NCBI GenBank assembly: GCA_963724295.1
Contig: CAVRUC010000008.1
Coordinates: 1 to 64,000, forward strand
Source of the DNA: an uncultured Chloroflexia bacterium
GTDB taxonomy: Bacteria > Chloroflexota > Chloroflexia > Thermomicrobiales > UBA6265
Length of the DNA: 64,000 bases
Direction: 5' to 3'
Shown piece after piece: positions 38,994 to 48,514 of the stretch. Every line of letters starts with the position of its first letter. The first letter of the stretch is position 1. A program made the translations under genes and the position numbers. A model generated the notes under the pieces. That model was given only the letters and a program-made list of their open reading frames with translations. It had not been told where the DNA came from and searched no databases.

Positions 38994-39689
38994 CTACTCG
39001 ACGGTCTGGGCGGCTTCGGTGGTCTCCTGGGCGGCAGCGAAGTCGTTCCACACCAACGGGTTGGTGAAGATACCGAACAGCTCCTCGCCGTCAGAGGCGC
39101 CGTCGCCATCGGTGTCGAAGAGGGTCGGCGATGTGCCGTAGATATTCAGCTCGTCACCATCGGCGGCGCCATCGGCGTCGGTATCGGGATTGCCCGGATC
39201 GAGCCCGAGATCAGGTTCCAGCTCATCGGCGTAGTTGTCGGCGTCGAGGTCGGCCGGGGTGGCGACCGCGGCGTCGGTCGCTACCGCATCAACTGTCTCG
39301 ACCGGCGCCGTGCCGGCAGCGGGCTCGGGGGCGGGCTCGGTGACCGGCGCCGGGGCGGGTTCGGCCTCCGGAGCGCGGACCGCGTTTTCGCCCTCGCGCG
39401 CGACTCCCGCGGTCAGCGTGCCGGGAGCCATCGAGACAGACGACGATCCTGGCTGACCCGATCCCGGGCCAGTGATGATGGGCGGACCAAGTGGAAGGGC
39501 CCCGAGCGGTGGCGTCAGGTTGGCGCCGAGTGGCGCGTTTGGCGCCGCAACCGTCTCGGCCGGTGCATCGGAGGCGGGAGCCCCATCCTCCGCACTCGCC
39601 GACTCTGTTTGCGCGGAAACGGCTCCTACCCAGAGCGACGCCGCCAACGCGGCGCCCGCGGCCACCGCGACAGCCTGTGTCAATTTCAT
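38994..39689 (-). CDS. Secreted acidic protein with bacterial TSP3-like Ca-binding repeats
   Basis: Signal peptide ending VSA-Q, Pro/Ala linker and three DxDxD(G/N)xxDxxE repeats. Confidence 0.8.
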   Translation of the reverse strand: MKLTQAVAVAAGAALAASLWVGAVSAQTESASAEDGAPASDAPAETVAAPNAPLGANLTPPLGALPLGPPIITGPGSGQPGSSSVSMAPGTLTAGVAREGENAVRAPEAEPAPAPVTEPAPEPAAGTAPVETVDAVATDAAVATPADLDADNYADELEPDLGLDPGNPDTDADGAADGDELNIYGTSPTLFDTDGDGASDGEELFGIFTNPLVWNDFAAAQETTEAAQTVE

Positions 39690-40043
39690 TCCTCGTCTCC
39701 CCTCCGGCTCGCCTGGCGAACCGGTCTCCCCTGAATCACAGTAGACGGATCGCAGGCCGGCAAACCGGACGACCCGAAGCAAACTCTGCTTCTGTTTACG
39801 AAGCGGACCCGGTGCAGGTTTCGCGCGACACCATATCGGCGCCTATCGTACTAGCGCCAAGACTGTCCATGCCGTTTTGTGCATGTTGCACCAAACGTCA
39901 CCGGAAAGCCGTTCAAGCTGCACGATGACGCGCCCGGCTGCCGCCCCTAGACTGTTTCGGATGGAGGGTGGGTGCAATCTGCCCGAGGAGTTCCGGTCCT
40001 GGCGGCCGGTGGCTAGTGGTGTGGTGGAAGGAAGGTCGGATCG

Positions 40044-41441
40044 ATGGTAGCGGCGGTTGCTGAGCCGATTGGCAGCACAAAGCTGCACAAGCAGATTCTC
40101 GGGGACAGCCCGAGCAAGCGAGAAGTCCTCAACCGGGTGCAGGAGGAGGGGGTCGAGTTCGTCGACCTGCAGTTCACCGATGTCATGGGTCACGTCAAGA
40201 GCGTGACCATCCCGTCGTCGATCTTCGAGCACGTCATCGACGGTGGGCAGTGGATCGATGGCTCTTCGATCGCCGGGTTCACCCGTATCGCGGAATCGGA
40301 CATGTTCCTCACGGCGGACCTGTCTACCTATGCGGTCATTCCCTGGACTCGGGGTGAGCACACCACGGCCCGCGTCATCTGCTGGGTCCACAATCCGGAT
40401 GGAACCCCGTTCCCCGGTGACCCGCGGGGTGTCCTTCTGCGCCAGCTGGAACGACTCGCCGAGCTTGGCTACACGTTCAAGACCGGTCCCGAGCTGGAGT
40501 TCTTCCTGTTCGAGAAGAACGGCGACGAGATTTCGCCGCTGCCCCATGACCGGGCGGGGTATTTCGACTACTCCAGCGATCTGGCCTACACCGTCCGCAA
40601 GGACATGGTGAAGGCGCTGGCAGACATGGGGATCGACGTCGAGGCCAGCCACCACGAGGTCGCTATCGGCCAGCATGAGATCGACTTCGAGTATGGCGAC
40701 GCCATCCTCACCGCCGACCGGGCTACGACCTTCAAGTCGGTGCTGAAGGCGACCGCTCAGCAGCACGGGTTGCATGCCACGTTCATGCCGAAGCCGATCG
40801 AAGGCATCAACGGCTCCGGGATGCACGTCCACATGAGCCTGGGCTTCGTCGACAAGAAGGGCAACGCCTTCGTCGACGAAGATGATGCCTACGGCCTCTC
40901 TAAAACCGCCCGGCACTTCATCGCCGGGCTGCTGACCCACGCCCGCGGCATGTCCGGCGTGCTCTCGCCGCTGGTCAACTCGTATCGCCGCCTGGTCCCC
41001 GGCTTCGAGGCGCCGGTCTACGTCTCCTGGGCGCGCACCAACCGTTCGGCGCTGGTCCGCGTGCCGGCCATTCGCGGTGGGCACACCGCGGCCACCCGTG
41101 TCGAGCTCCGCTGCCCGGACCCGTCCTGCAATCCCTACCTCGCCTTTTCGGTGATGCTGGCGGCCGGGATGGATGGGATCGAGCGGGAGCTGTCGCTGCC
41201 GGAGCCGGTTGAAGAGAACCTCTACCACTTCACGGACGAGGATCTGGAGCGGCGCAATATTCCGACGCTTCCTTCGACGTTGGGCGAGGCCGTGGCCGAG
41301 ATGAAGGCCGACCCGCTGATCCGGGAAGCCCTCGGCGATCACGTCTTCGAGCGCCTCACCGGCGCGCAACAGGCGGAGTGGGACGACTTCCGCAAGCACG
41401 TTTCGCAGTGGGAGCGCGATCGCTACCTGGAGACCTACTAG
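40044..41441 (+). CDS. glnA: Glutamine synthetase type I
   Basis: DGSSI, GPELEFF, HHEVAIGQHE, FMPKP, GSGMHVH, NRSA and ELRCPD. Confidence 0.95.
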   Translation: MVAAVAEPIGSTKLHKQILGDSPSKREVLNRVQEEGVEFVDLQFTDVMGHVKSVTIPSSIFEHVIDGGQWIDGSSIAGFTRIAESDMFLTADLSTYAVIPWTRGEHTTARVICWVHNPDGTPFPGDPRGVLLRQLERLAELGYTFKTGPELEFFLFEKNGDEISPLPHDRAGYFDYSSDLAYTVRKDMVKALADMGIDVEASHHEVAIGQHEIDFEYGDAILTADRATTFKSVLKATAQQHGLHATFMPKPIEGINGSGMHVHMSLGFVDKKGNAFVDEDDAYGLSKTARHFIAGLLTHARGMSGVLSPLVNSYRRLVPGFEAPVYVSWARTNRSALVRVPAIRGGHTAATRVELRCPDPSCNPYLAFSVMLAAGMDGIERELSLPEPVEENLYHFTDEDLERRNIPTLPSTLGEAVAEMKADPLIREALGDHVFERLTGAQQAEWDDFRKHVSQWERDRYLETY

Positions 41442-41499
41442 CGCCGGGAAGAGAAAGAGGTCGCGACTGATAGGCGGCGATCGTCGCCGGACACTTGTT

Positions 41500-41539
41500 G
41501 GCGCCACTGTGACCGCTTTCCTGCGGTCACAGTGGCGTC
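41500..41539. terminator. 17-bp hairpin between convergent glnA and ABC operon
   Basis: ggcgccactgtgaccgc-tttcct-gcggtcacagtggcgtc. Confidence 0.7.
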
Positions 41540-41634
41540 GCTACGTCAATGGGTCCTTATTCGGTAAATCGCCTTCCGTATTGTCTTCCGCACGAACAAC
41601 CAGGACGAGAATAGGCGGCATGCTTGCTCTTTCG

Positions 41635-43155
41635 TTAGGCGGATTCCCGCAACGATCCGGGGACCTGCCCGGTGGCCGCGGTCATGATCCCCTCCTCAGT
41701 GGCTGCCTCGCGTGGGATGTCGGCAACGATTCGCCCCTCCCGCATCACCAGCACCCGGTGGCTCATGCCAAGGATCTCCGGCAGCTCGGAGGAGACCATC
41801 AGGATCGCGACCCCCGCCTCGGCCAGTCGCGCGATCAGCGCGTGGACTTCGGCCTTCGCCCCGACGTCGATCCCCCGCGTCGGCTCGTCCAAGATGAGGA
41901 CCTTCGGCTTCGTCGCCAGCCAGCGCGCAATCACCACCTTTTGTTGGTTTCCCCCTGAGAGGGCCGCCACGCGCTGCTCCATGTGCGGCGTGCGAATGCT
42001 CAGTCCCTGGATGTACTCCCGCACCAGCAGCCGCTCCTGTGCGCGCGAGGGGAAGAGCGAGGAGCCGAGACGGTCCAGCATCGGCAGGCTCATGTTTTCC
42101 CGTACTCCCATCCCCAGGATCAGTGCCTGCAGCTTGCGGTCCTCCGGCACCAGCGCGATCCCGAGGTTAACCGCGTCCCCGGGGGTGCGGATCGTCACCG
42201 GCGTCCCGTCGAGCAGGATCTCCCCGCGGTCGATCCGGTCGGCTCCGAATAGGCAGCGCACCAACTCCGTTCGCCCTGCTCCCATGAGCCCGGCCAGTCC
42301 GACGATTTCGCCGGCCCGCACCTCGAGATCGACGTCATGAAGCACCTTGCCGCGGGAGAGCCCGTGTACCGCCAGCCGCACGGAGGCGTCGGTCGCGCGG
42401 GCCTGAGTGAACATCCGGGCGAGATCCCGCCCCACCATCATCCGCACCAGGAGCTCCTCGGAAGCCTCTGCCACCGGCAGCGTGCCGACCACCTTCCCAT
42501 CGCGCAGCACCGTCACCCGCTGCGCGATGCGGAACACCTCTCCCAGCCGGTGGGAGATGTATGCGATCCCTACCCCGCGCTCCCTCAATGCCGCGATGAT
42601 CCCGAACAATCGCTCCGTCTCCCGCTCCGTCAGCGAGCTGGTCGGCTCGTCAAGGATCAGCACGCGCACGTTGCGCGCGAGGGCCCGTGCGATTTCCACC
42701 ATCTGCTTCTGGGCAACGCTCAGCTCCCGCACCAACGTCTGCGGCGATACGCGCAGCCCCACCTGCTCCAGCAACTCCGTCGAGCGCCGCCAGACCTCTG
42801 GCCAGTCGACCTGCCAGCTCCCCCCGGAGCGCGTCGGCAGATCGCCGAGGAAGATGTTCTCGCCTACGCTCAGCGCGTTGACCAGGCTCAACTCCTGGTA
42901 GATCGTGATGATCCCCTGGTCGTGCGCCGCGCGCGGGCTTTCGATTGTCACTGACTGCCCGGCGAACAGGATCGAGCCGCTGTCCGGCATCTGTGCCCCG
43001 GCCAGGATCTTCATCAGCGTCGATTTGCCCGCCCCGTTCTCGCCGACGACGGCATGCACCTCGCCCTGGAGGATGCTCAATGAGACGTCGTCTAGAGCAT
43101 GCACCCCAGGAAACCGCTTCGAGATGCCACTTGCTTCGAGCACCGGTTCGGGCAT
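41635..43155 (-). CDS. Sugar ABC transporter ATP-binding protein (RbsA-like)
   Basis: [14 protein letters not shown] and LSGGNQQK; two ABC domains. Confidence 0.95.
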   Translation of the reverse strand: MPEPVLEASGISKRFPGVHALDDVSLSILQGEVHAVVGENGAGKSTLMKILAGAQMPDSGSILFAGQSVTIESPRAAHDQGIITIYQELSLVNALSVGENIFLGDLPTRSGGSWQVDWPEVWRRSTELLEQVGLRVSPQTLVRELSVAQKQMVEIARALARNVRVLILDEPTSSLTERETERLFGIIAALRERGVGIAYISHRLGEVFRIAQRVTVLRDGKVVGTLPVAEASEELLVRMMVGRDLARMFTQARATDASVRLAVHGLSRGKVLHDVDLEVRAGEIVGLAGLMGAGRTELVRCLFGADRIDRGEILLDGTPVTIRTPGDAVNLGIALVPEDRKLQALILGMGVRENMSLPMLDRLGSSLFPSRAQERLLVREYIQGLSIRTPHMEQRVAALSGGNQQKVVIARWLATKPKVLILDEPTRGIDVGAKAEVHALIARLAEAGVAILMVSSELPEILGMSHRVLVMREGRIVADIPREAATEEGIMTAATGQVPGSLRESA

Positions 43156-43261
43156 TGTTCCGGCCACCTCTCCCGCGTGGCGAGGACCGAGCCAGCGGCC
43201 CGATCCTCAAACACGTTTGGTCGCAAACGTCCCCTCGCGTAAGACCCTCTTCGCTCCCGCC

Positions 43262-43293
43262 ACCCCCTCTCCCATCACGATGGAAGAGGGGGT
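43262..43293. repeat. REP-like hairpin (CCCCCTCTCCC type)
   Basis: accccctctcccatc-ac-gatggaagagggggt. Confidence 0.65.
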
Positions 43294-43326
43294 AGGAGGT
43301 GCGGGCACCTCCAGCGGGGAGGGCTC

Positions 43327-44523
43327 TTACGAAACCGAAAATGCGTACACCGTCGTCGAGTTGAATTCCTCGGCTGGCTCCAGCACCGTGTCCGGGAAAT
43401 CGGGCTGGTTTGGCGAGTCCGGGAAGTGCTGGGTCTCCAGCGCGAAACCGTCACCCTGGCGGTACATTTTGCCAGCGGCGCCGATCTCCGTCGCGTCGAG
43501 GAAGTTCCCCGAGTAGAACTGGATCCCCGGTTCGGTCGTCGAGATCGTCAGCGTGCGGCCGGATTCGGGCTCCTCCACGACAGCCGCCACGATCAGCGAG
43601 GTGTCGTCAGGGCTCTCCCGATCGAGGACGTAGTTGTGGTCGTAGCCGCGGCCGAGCACCAATTGCTCGAAGTCGTCCCGGATGCGCTCCCCGATCGGGT
43701 GCGGAGTCGTGAAGTCCATCGGCGTGCCTGCCACCGCAGCAATTTCTCCGGTCGGAATGAGGTTCGCATCGACCGGGGTGTAGTTGCCGGCCATGAGGGT
43801 CAGCAGGTGGTTCTCAGTAGTGCCGGAGCCGTCCCCGGCCAGGTTCCAATAAGCGTGATTGGTCAGGTTCACGACCGTCGGCTCGTCGGTCGTGGCGTGG
43901 TAGTCGATGCGGATCTCGTCGTTATCTGTCAAGGTGTACGTGACCTCGACGGCGAGGTTGCCGGGGTAGCCTTCCTCCATGTCCGGGCTGACGCGGCTAA
44001 GCTTGACCCCGACCTCGCGCTCGCCGCTCACCTCTTCCGCAGTCCAGACGACCTTGTCGAAACCCTTCTCGCCGCCGTGCAGCGTGTTCGGGCCGTTGTT
44101 GAGCGCTAGATAGAAGTTTTCGTCGTCGATGTCGAAGGTGCCGCGGGCGATGCGGTTGGCATAGCGACCGGTGATGTTGCCGAAATACGGGTGTCCTTCG
44201 ACATAGTCGTCGAGATTGTCAAACCCAAGCGTGACGTTGTCCATGTTGCCGTCGCGGTCAGGGACCATCACTGAGGTGATGATGCCGCCGTAGTTGGTCA
44301 GCTTGACTTCCATGCCGTTAGCGTTGGTCAAGGTAAAGAGCGACACCTGCTCACCATCGACCTCACCCCAAGCTTCGCTAGCGACGCCGCCACCGGCGGA
44401 CGGGGTGGCATCCTGCGCCACCGCGAACGGGACGAACGGCAAGGCCGCAAGCAGAGAGACGAGCACGACAGCAACGGCTACCGCCGGGACGCGGCGTGCC
44501 GCTCGGTTGCGGGAAGTGATCAT
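43327..44523 (-). CDS. galM: Aldose 1-epimerase (mutarotase) with signal peptide
   Basis: GRYANRI, LHGG, NLTNHAYWNL, GYDHNY and ALETQHFPD; leader ending AVA-QDATP. Confidence 0.93.
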   Translation of the reverse strand: MITSRNRAARRVPAVAVAVVLVSLLAALPFVPFAVAQDATPSAGGGVASEAWGEVDGEQVSLFTLTNANGMEVKLTNYGGIITSVMVPDRDGNMDNVTLGFDNLDDYVEGHPYFGNITGRYANRIARGTFDIDDENFYLALNNGPNTLHGGEKGFDKVVWTAEEVSGEREVGVKLSRVSPDMEEGYPGNLAVEVTYTLTDNDEIRIDYHATTDEPTVVNLTNHAYWNLAGDGSGTTENHLLTLMAGNYTPVDANLIPTGEIAAVAGTPMDFTTPHPIGERIRDDFEQLVLGRGYDHNYVLDRESPDDTSLIVAAVVEEPESGRTLTISTTEPGIQFYSGNFLDATEIGAAGKMYRQGDGFALETQHFPDSPNQPDFPDTVLEPAEEFNSTTVYAFSVS

Positions 44524-44574
44524 GATGACTCCTCCGAGAATGCAGCGAAGAGAACGGGAACGTGAACGCTGACA

Positions 44575-44602
44575 CGGGGCGGCGCCGGCCGGCGCCGCCC
44601 CG
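44575..44602. repeat. Perfect 28-bp GC palindrome after the substrate-binding gene
   Basis: cggggcggcgccgg|ccggcgccgccccg; probably an mRNA-stabilising hairpin. Confidence 0.75.
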
Positions 44603-44610
44603 GGCGAGAC

Positions 44611-45660
44611 CTACTTCGTGTACGTGGTGAGGTTGTCCTGGGTTACCACGGTAACCCCGGTGTCGAGCAGCGCGCACTCCGGGACAAAGCCCTGAGTCAG
44701 GATCTTGTGCGACTCGCTGATCGACAGCTTGCCCATCTGGACCGGCCGCTGCACCATCGTGGCGTGGATGATCCCGGCCTCGATGGCGTCCAGTACTTCC
44801 GGCAGATCGTCGAAGGCGACAATCGTCAGCTCGCGGTCCGCAAATTCTGGCCCCTGCATCACCTGCGCCAGCGTCGGGCCGCCGGTCGCGCTCATGCATG
44901 CTACCCCGGTCAGGTCGGGGTGGGTGCGCAGCAACGCCTCGCTGACTCCGAATCCCTTCTGCAGGTCTTCGTCGGTGGCGACGACCTCGACGACCTCGAT
45001 GTCAGGACCAATCGTTTCGCGCAGCCCCTCGATGCGCTCATTGAGGTTGAGCGCGCCGAGGCCGCCGGTGATGATGCCGATCTTGCCGGAACCGCCGAGC
45101 GCGTCGCGCAGCGTCTCGCCCTGGATCATGCCCGCGGTCTTGTTGTTGGTCCCGATGTACTCGACGCGATTGCTGTCGGGCGAGTCGGAGTCGAACGTCA
45201 GCATCAGAACGCCCTGGTTCAGGCCGTTGTTGATGACGTCGACCACCGAGGTCGGCTCATTCGGGGAGATGACGATGGCGTTGACCCCCTTGGTGATCAA
45301 GTCCTCGATCATCTTGACCTGAAGCGCCGCGTCGAACTGCTGCGGCGCCTGCCACTCGAAGGTCACGCCGAGCGCGTTCGCCTCTTCCTCGGCGCCGATC
45401 CGACAGTCCTCGAAGAATGGGTGGACACCCTTCGGCACGATGGCGACCGTGATCGGCGAGCCATCGGTCACCATCTTGACCGTCGAGAGGAGCCCGGCTT
45501 CGAACGGTTCAGCACAGGCGGCTGCCTGTGGAGTCGCGTCCTGCGCCAGCGCACCAAAGTGATTCGAGCGCGCGGCGGCGGCTGCCACGCCGGCCGCCGC
45601 TCCGTAGACGAACTTCCGCCGACTCAACGATGATCGGCCAATCCTGCCGCAGACGTTCAT
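44611..45660 (-). CDS. Sugar ABC transporter substrate-binding protein (Tat signal)
   Basis: SRRKFV twin-Arg motif; HPFF, FDSD, YIGTNN, AFDD and QRPVQMG (RbsB-like). Confidence 0.92.
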   Translation of the reverse strand: MNVCGRIGRSSLSRRKFVYGAAAGVAAAAARSNHFGALAQDATPQAAACAEPFEAGLLSTVKMVTDGSPITVAIVPKGVHPFFEDCRIGAEEEANALGVTFEWQAPQQFDAALQVKMIEDLITKGVNAIVISPNEPTSVVDVINNGLNQGVLMLTFDSDSPDSNRVEYIGTNNKTAGMIQGETLRDALGGSGKIGIITGGLGALNLNERIEGLRETIGPDIEVVEVVATDEDLQKGFGVSEALLRTHPDLTGVACMSATGGPTLAQVMQGPEFADRELTIVAFDDLPEVLDAIEAGIIHATMVQRPVQMGKLSISESHKILTQGFVPECALLDTGVTVVTQDNLTTYTK

Positions 45661-45757
45661 CGATCTGCACCTCCTCTAGTGCCGCCGCGTCGACGGCCCC
45701 TGCGCTTCAGGCGCGCCTCGGTGCGTGCCTGCACCATCTATTGATGGGCCACTCTCT

Positions 45758-46801
45758 TCAGACGGCGCGACGCTCGCGCCGCTTCTGCCAGATGTCGAGT
45801 CCGACCGCAAGCAGGATCACCGCGCCGGTGACTACCTGCTGGGCATAGGTGTTGATTCCGAGGAGGACGATCCCGTTCTCCAGCACGCCGACGATCGCCG
45901 CGCCAAGGACGGCGCCGAGCGCCGTTCCCTCACCTCCGATGAGGCTGGTGCCGCCGATGATCGAGGCTGCGATGACCGGCAGCTCCTGCCCCAGACCTGC
46001 CGTTGGCTGCGCCGAGACGAGACGCGACAGGAGGATGATCCCGGAGACCGAGGCGAGGAAGCCGCTCATGGTGTAGACGAACATCTTGACGCGGTTGACG
46101 TTGATCCCGGCTAACCGCGCCGCCTCCTCGTTGCCGCCAACCGCGTAGATGTATCGACCCAGGGTCGACCGGGAGAGGAAGGCGGTAGCCACGATCGTGA
46201 CCACGATCATGATGATGACCGGCATCGGCACCTGGCCAACGTAGCCCTGCCCGATCTGCAGGAGCAGCGGATCTCGTGGTGCGGTCACCGGATACCCCTG
46301 GGTGATGACATAGATCAGTCCCCGGCCGATGCTGAGCGTGCCGAGCGTGGCGATGAACGGTGGCAGCCCGGCGCGGGTGATGAGAAGCCCGTTGCACGCC
46401 CCGAAGACGGTGCCCACCCCTAGCCCGGCCAGGATCGCAAGTACAGAGGGCCAGCCATTGACCAGGAGAATCCCGGTCGAAAGGCTGGAGAGGCCGATGA
46501 TCGATCCAGCTGACAGGTCAATGCCGCCGGTGATGATGACCATGGTCTGCCCGATGGCGGCGACCGCCGTCAGCGAAAAGGCGCGCGCCACGCCTAGCAG
46601 GTTGTTGGCGGTGAAAAAGACCGGCGACAGGAACGCGAGTAGTGCGCAGAGGAGGACAAGGGCGATTAGGATGTTGAGTTCTTTGATTCGAGTCAGCCAA
46701 CCAAAGGCCGAGCGAGGCGCACGTGGGACCATGGGCACGCCCGGCGCCTCAGTCGAGCCCGGGTGCGTCGCTATGGCATCGAGAGCGTCATCGCTCGGCA
46801 T
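45758..46801 (-). CDS. Sugar ABC transporter permease
   Basis: GGIDLS, PPFIATLG, GGNEEAARLAG and IGGTSLIGG. Confidence 0.94.
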   Translation of the reverse strand: MPSDDALDAIATHPGSTEAPGVPMVPRAPRSAFGWLTRIKELNILIALVLLCALLAFLSPVFFTANNLLGVARAFSLTAVAAIGQTMVIITGGIDLSAGSIIGLSSLSTGILLVNGWPSVLAILAGLGVGTVFGACNGLLITRAGLPPFIATLGTLSIGRGLIYVITQGYPVTAPRDPLLLQIGQGYVGQVPMPVIIMIVVTIVATAFLSRSTLGRYIYAVGGNEEAARLAGINVNRVKMFVYTMSGFLASVSGIILLSRLVSAQPTAGLGQELPVIAASIIGGTSLIGGEGTALGAVLGAAIVGVLENGIVLLGINTYAQQVVTGAVILLAVGLDIWQKRRERRAV

Positions 46802-46834
46802 GGTGCTGCTCCTGGCTCTCCGATTCTGGGCGGG

Positions 46835-47593
46835 CTACCCCATTCCTCGGTCCGCTGCGTACAGCGCGCGCTCGATGTCCGCCGCGGTCGTCCGCAGCAA
46901 CTCGCGCATTGCGGACTCGGCCGCTTGCGGTTGGCGATCTCGGATCGCCCACGCCACAGCCCAGTGTGCTGGCATCGCCGCGAGGCTGCTGCCAGGGACG
47001 CTGACTGTTGCGCGCCGGCTGAGCCGCAACGCCATCGTGATCGTGTCGCTCAACTGAGCGAGGAGGTCGTTGTGGCAGGCGTTGAGGATGGCCGTGTGGA
47101 AGGCCATGTCAGCGTCGATGTAGTCATCCCCGTCATCGGCGGCGGCATCGTTCATGCCGTCGCACCAGGCGAGAATCTCGGTCACTTCGCCGGTCGTGGC
47201 GCGCTCAGCGGCGAGGGCCGCCCCTGGCGGCTCGATGATCTCCCGCACCTCACTGATGTCCTCCAGGAACCCTTCATCTGGGCCGGCCTCGTACCGCCAG
47301 AACAGGACGTCCGAATCGAGCAGGTTCCAATAGCGGCGCGGCCGCACCTGCGTGCCGACCTTCGGTCGGGTCTCGACCAGCCCCTTCGAGGCCAGGACCT
47401 TTATCGCCTCCCGCACGACCGTCCGGCTCACGCTGAATTGCTCGCTCAATGCCGTCTCGTCGGGCAATGTGGCCCCCAGTGTCGTCCTGTTGCCAACCAC
47501 AAGGAGCCCGAGTTGGTCGACGATCTCCCGGTGCAGTCCGCGTCGGAGGTCTGATGCTCGGTGTCTTGTCACTGCCGTTTGACCAGGATTCAT
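46835..47593 (-). CDS. FadR/GntR family transcriptional regulator
   Basis: LPDE, SRTVVREA and RPKVGT HTH motifs; FCD domain DMAFH...HN. Start ATG 47593 or GTG 47572. Confidence 0.93.
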   Translation of the reverse strand: MNPGQTAVTRHRASDLRRGLHREIVDQLGLLVVGNRTTLGATLPDETALSEQFSVSRTVVREAIKVLASKGLVETRPKVGTQVRPRRYWNLLDSDVLFWRYEAGPDEGFLEDISEVREIIEPPGAALAAERATTGEVTEILAWCDGMNDAAADDGDDYIDADMAFHTAILNACHNDLLAQLSDTITMALRLSRRATVSVPGSSLAAMPAHWAVAWAIRDRQPQAAESAMRELLRTTAADIERALYAADRGMG

Positions 47594-47646
47594 ACTATTG
47601 TATGATGATTGCCAAGGATCATAGCGAGGTCGCATCCCACTGTCAA
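47590..47646 (-). promoter_or_regulatory. sigma70 promoter with downstream palindromic operator
   Basis: Minus strand TTGACA-N17-TATGAT (47646-47618) and palindrome TCATAC-N4-GTATGA (47590-47605). Confidence 0.75.
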
Positions 47647-47951
47647 GCGGTCACGGACGGCGATGGCCGCAGACCCAATCCACCATGGTGCTGGAGGAAA
47701 AGGGGATCAGCATTCCCCACGACTTTCGCCTGCTGCTCGGCATCATTCCGCCCGCTACGAACGGTGATGTTGACCTCGACGTTTTGTAGACCTGAGCACA
47801 TCCGGTCGGAGACCTGGTCGAGGATCTGATGTGGGTGGTCGGCAAAGAGATTGGACGTGTGCGTCTCAGACAGCATCGAGGTCAGCTGCGCGGTCCACTG
47901 ACCGGCGAAGTCGGGGAATCGGATCCGATTATTGAAGACGATGCGGGGCAT
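47643..47951 (-). CDS. Hypothetical protein (102 aa), uncertain
   Basis: Fills the gap, third positions are mostly G/C, and the start overlaps the DUF1622 gene end; no motif recognised. Confidence 0.35.
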   Translation of the reverse strand: MPRIVFNNRIRFPDFAGQWTAQLTSMLSETHTSNLFADHPHQILDQVSDRMCSGLQNVEVNITVRSGRNDAEQQAKVVGNADPLFLQHHGGLGLRPSPSVTA

Positions 47952-48342
47952 CTGACGACATGGTCGACGCCGTCTCAGTTAGGCCCACCTGCTGCGCCGC
48001 CTGCCACGGCCAGCGCCCGTCGATCTCGACGTCGATGCTCAAGCTCAGCACGGTCCGTACTAGGACGATGATGGCCAGGACGATCACGCTGTCGAACGTC
48101 GGCTCGATGGCCACCGTCTTGATGATGTCCCCAGCTACCAGAAACTCGAGCCCGAGCAGGAGTGAGCGGCCGAGGAAGGTGCGCAGGCGCCGGTAGGCGT
48201 TGACCGCCCGTTCCTGCCGTAACAGGTCCTGAGCGTAGTGGATGACACCGATCAGCGCGCCGAGCGCGATGATGGCGACTCCCACGAAGTCGATGACTTC
48301 GCTGATGACGAAAATGATCTCATGGGTCTCCACGGATTCCAC
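47929..48342 (-). CDS. DUF1622 family membrane protein
   Basis: LGRSLLLGLEFLVAGDIIKT, IVLVRTVLS and GRWPW. Confidence 0.9.
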   Translation of the reverse strand: MESVETHEIIFVISEVIDFVGVAIIALGALIGVIHYAQDLLRQERAVNAYRRLRTFLGRSLLLGLEFLVAGDIIKTVAIEPTFDSVIVLAIIVLVRTVLSLSIDVEIDGRWPWQAAQQVGLTETASTMSSDAPHRLQ

Positions 48343-48514
48343 GGTCGCGGCTCCCCAATCCTCCCGACGAACGTGCACGTGCGGGAGGACCATCCACGGC
48401 ACCTGGTTCGTGCGCGCCGGGGAACAGACTCGCCCTTCCCGGTGGCGCCCTGTCGGGTCACACTACCGCAACTGGATGAGGCAGGAGACCGCGGTAGCGG
48501 GAAGGGATGATTTC

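Noticed and set aside
39690..40043. Glutamine riboswitch, NtrC box or sigma54 promoter upstream of glnA
   Set aside because: Only a TGCACCA half-site is present, with no GG-N10-GC motif in a suitable context and no recognisable riboswitch.
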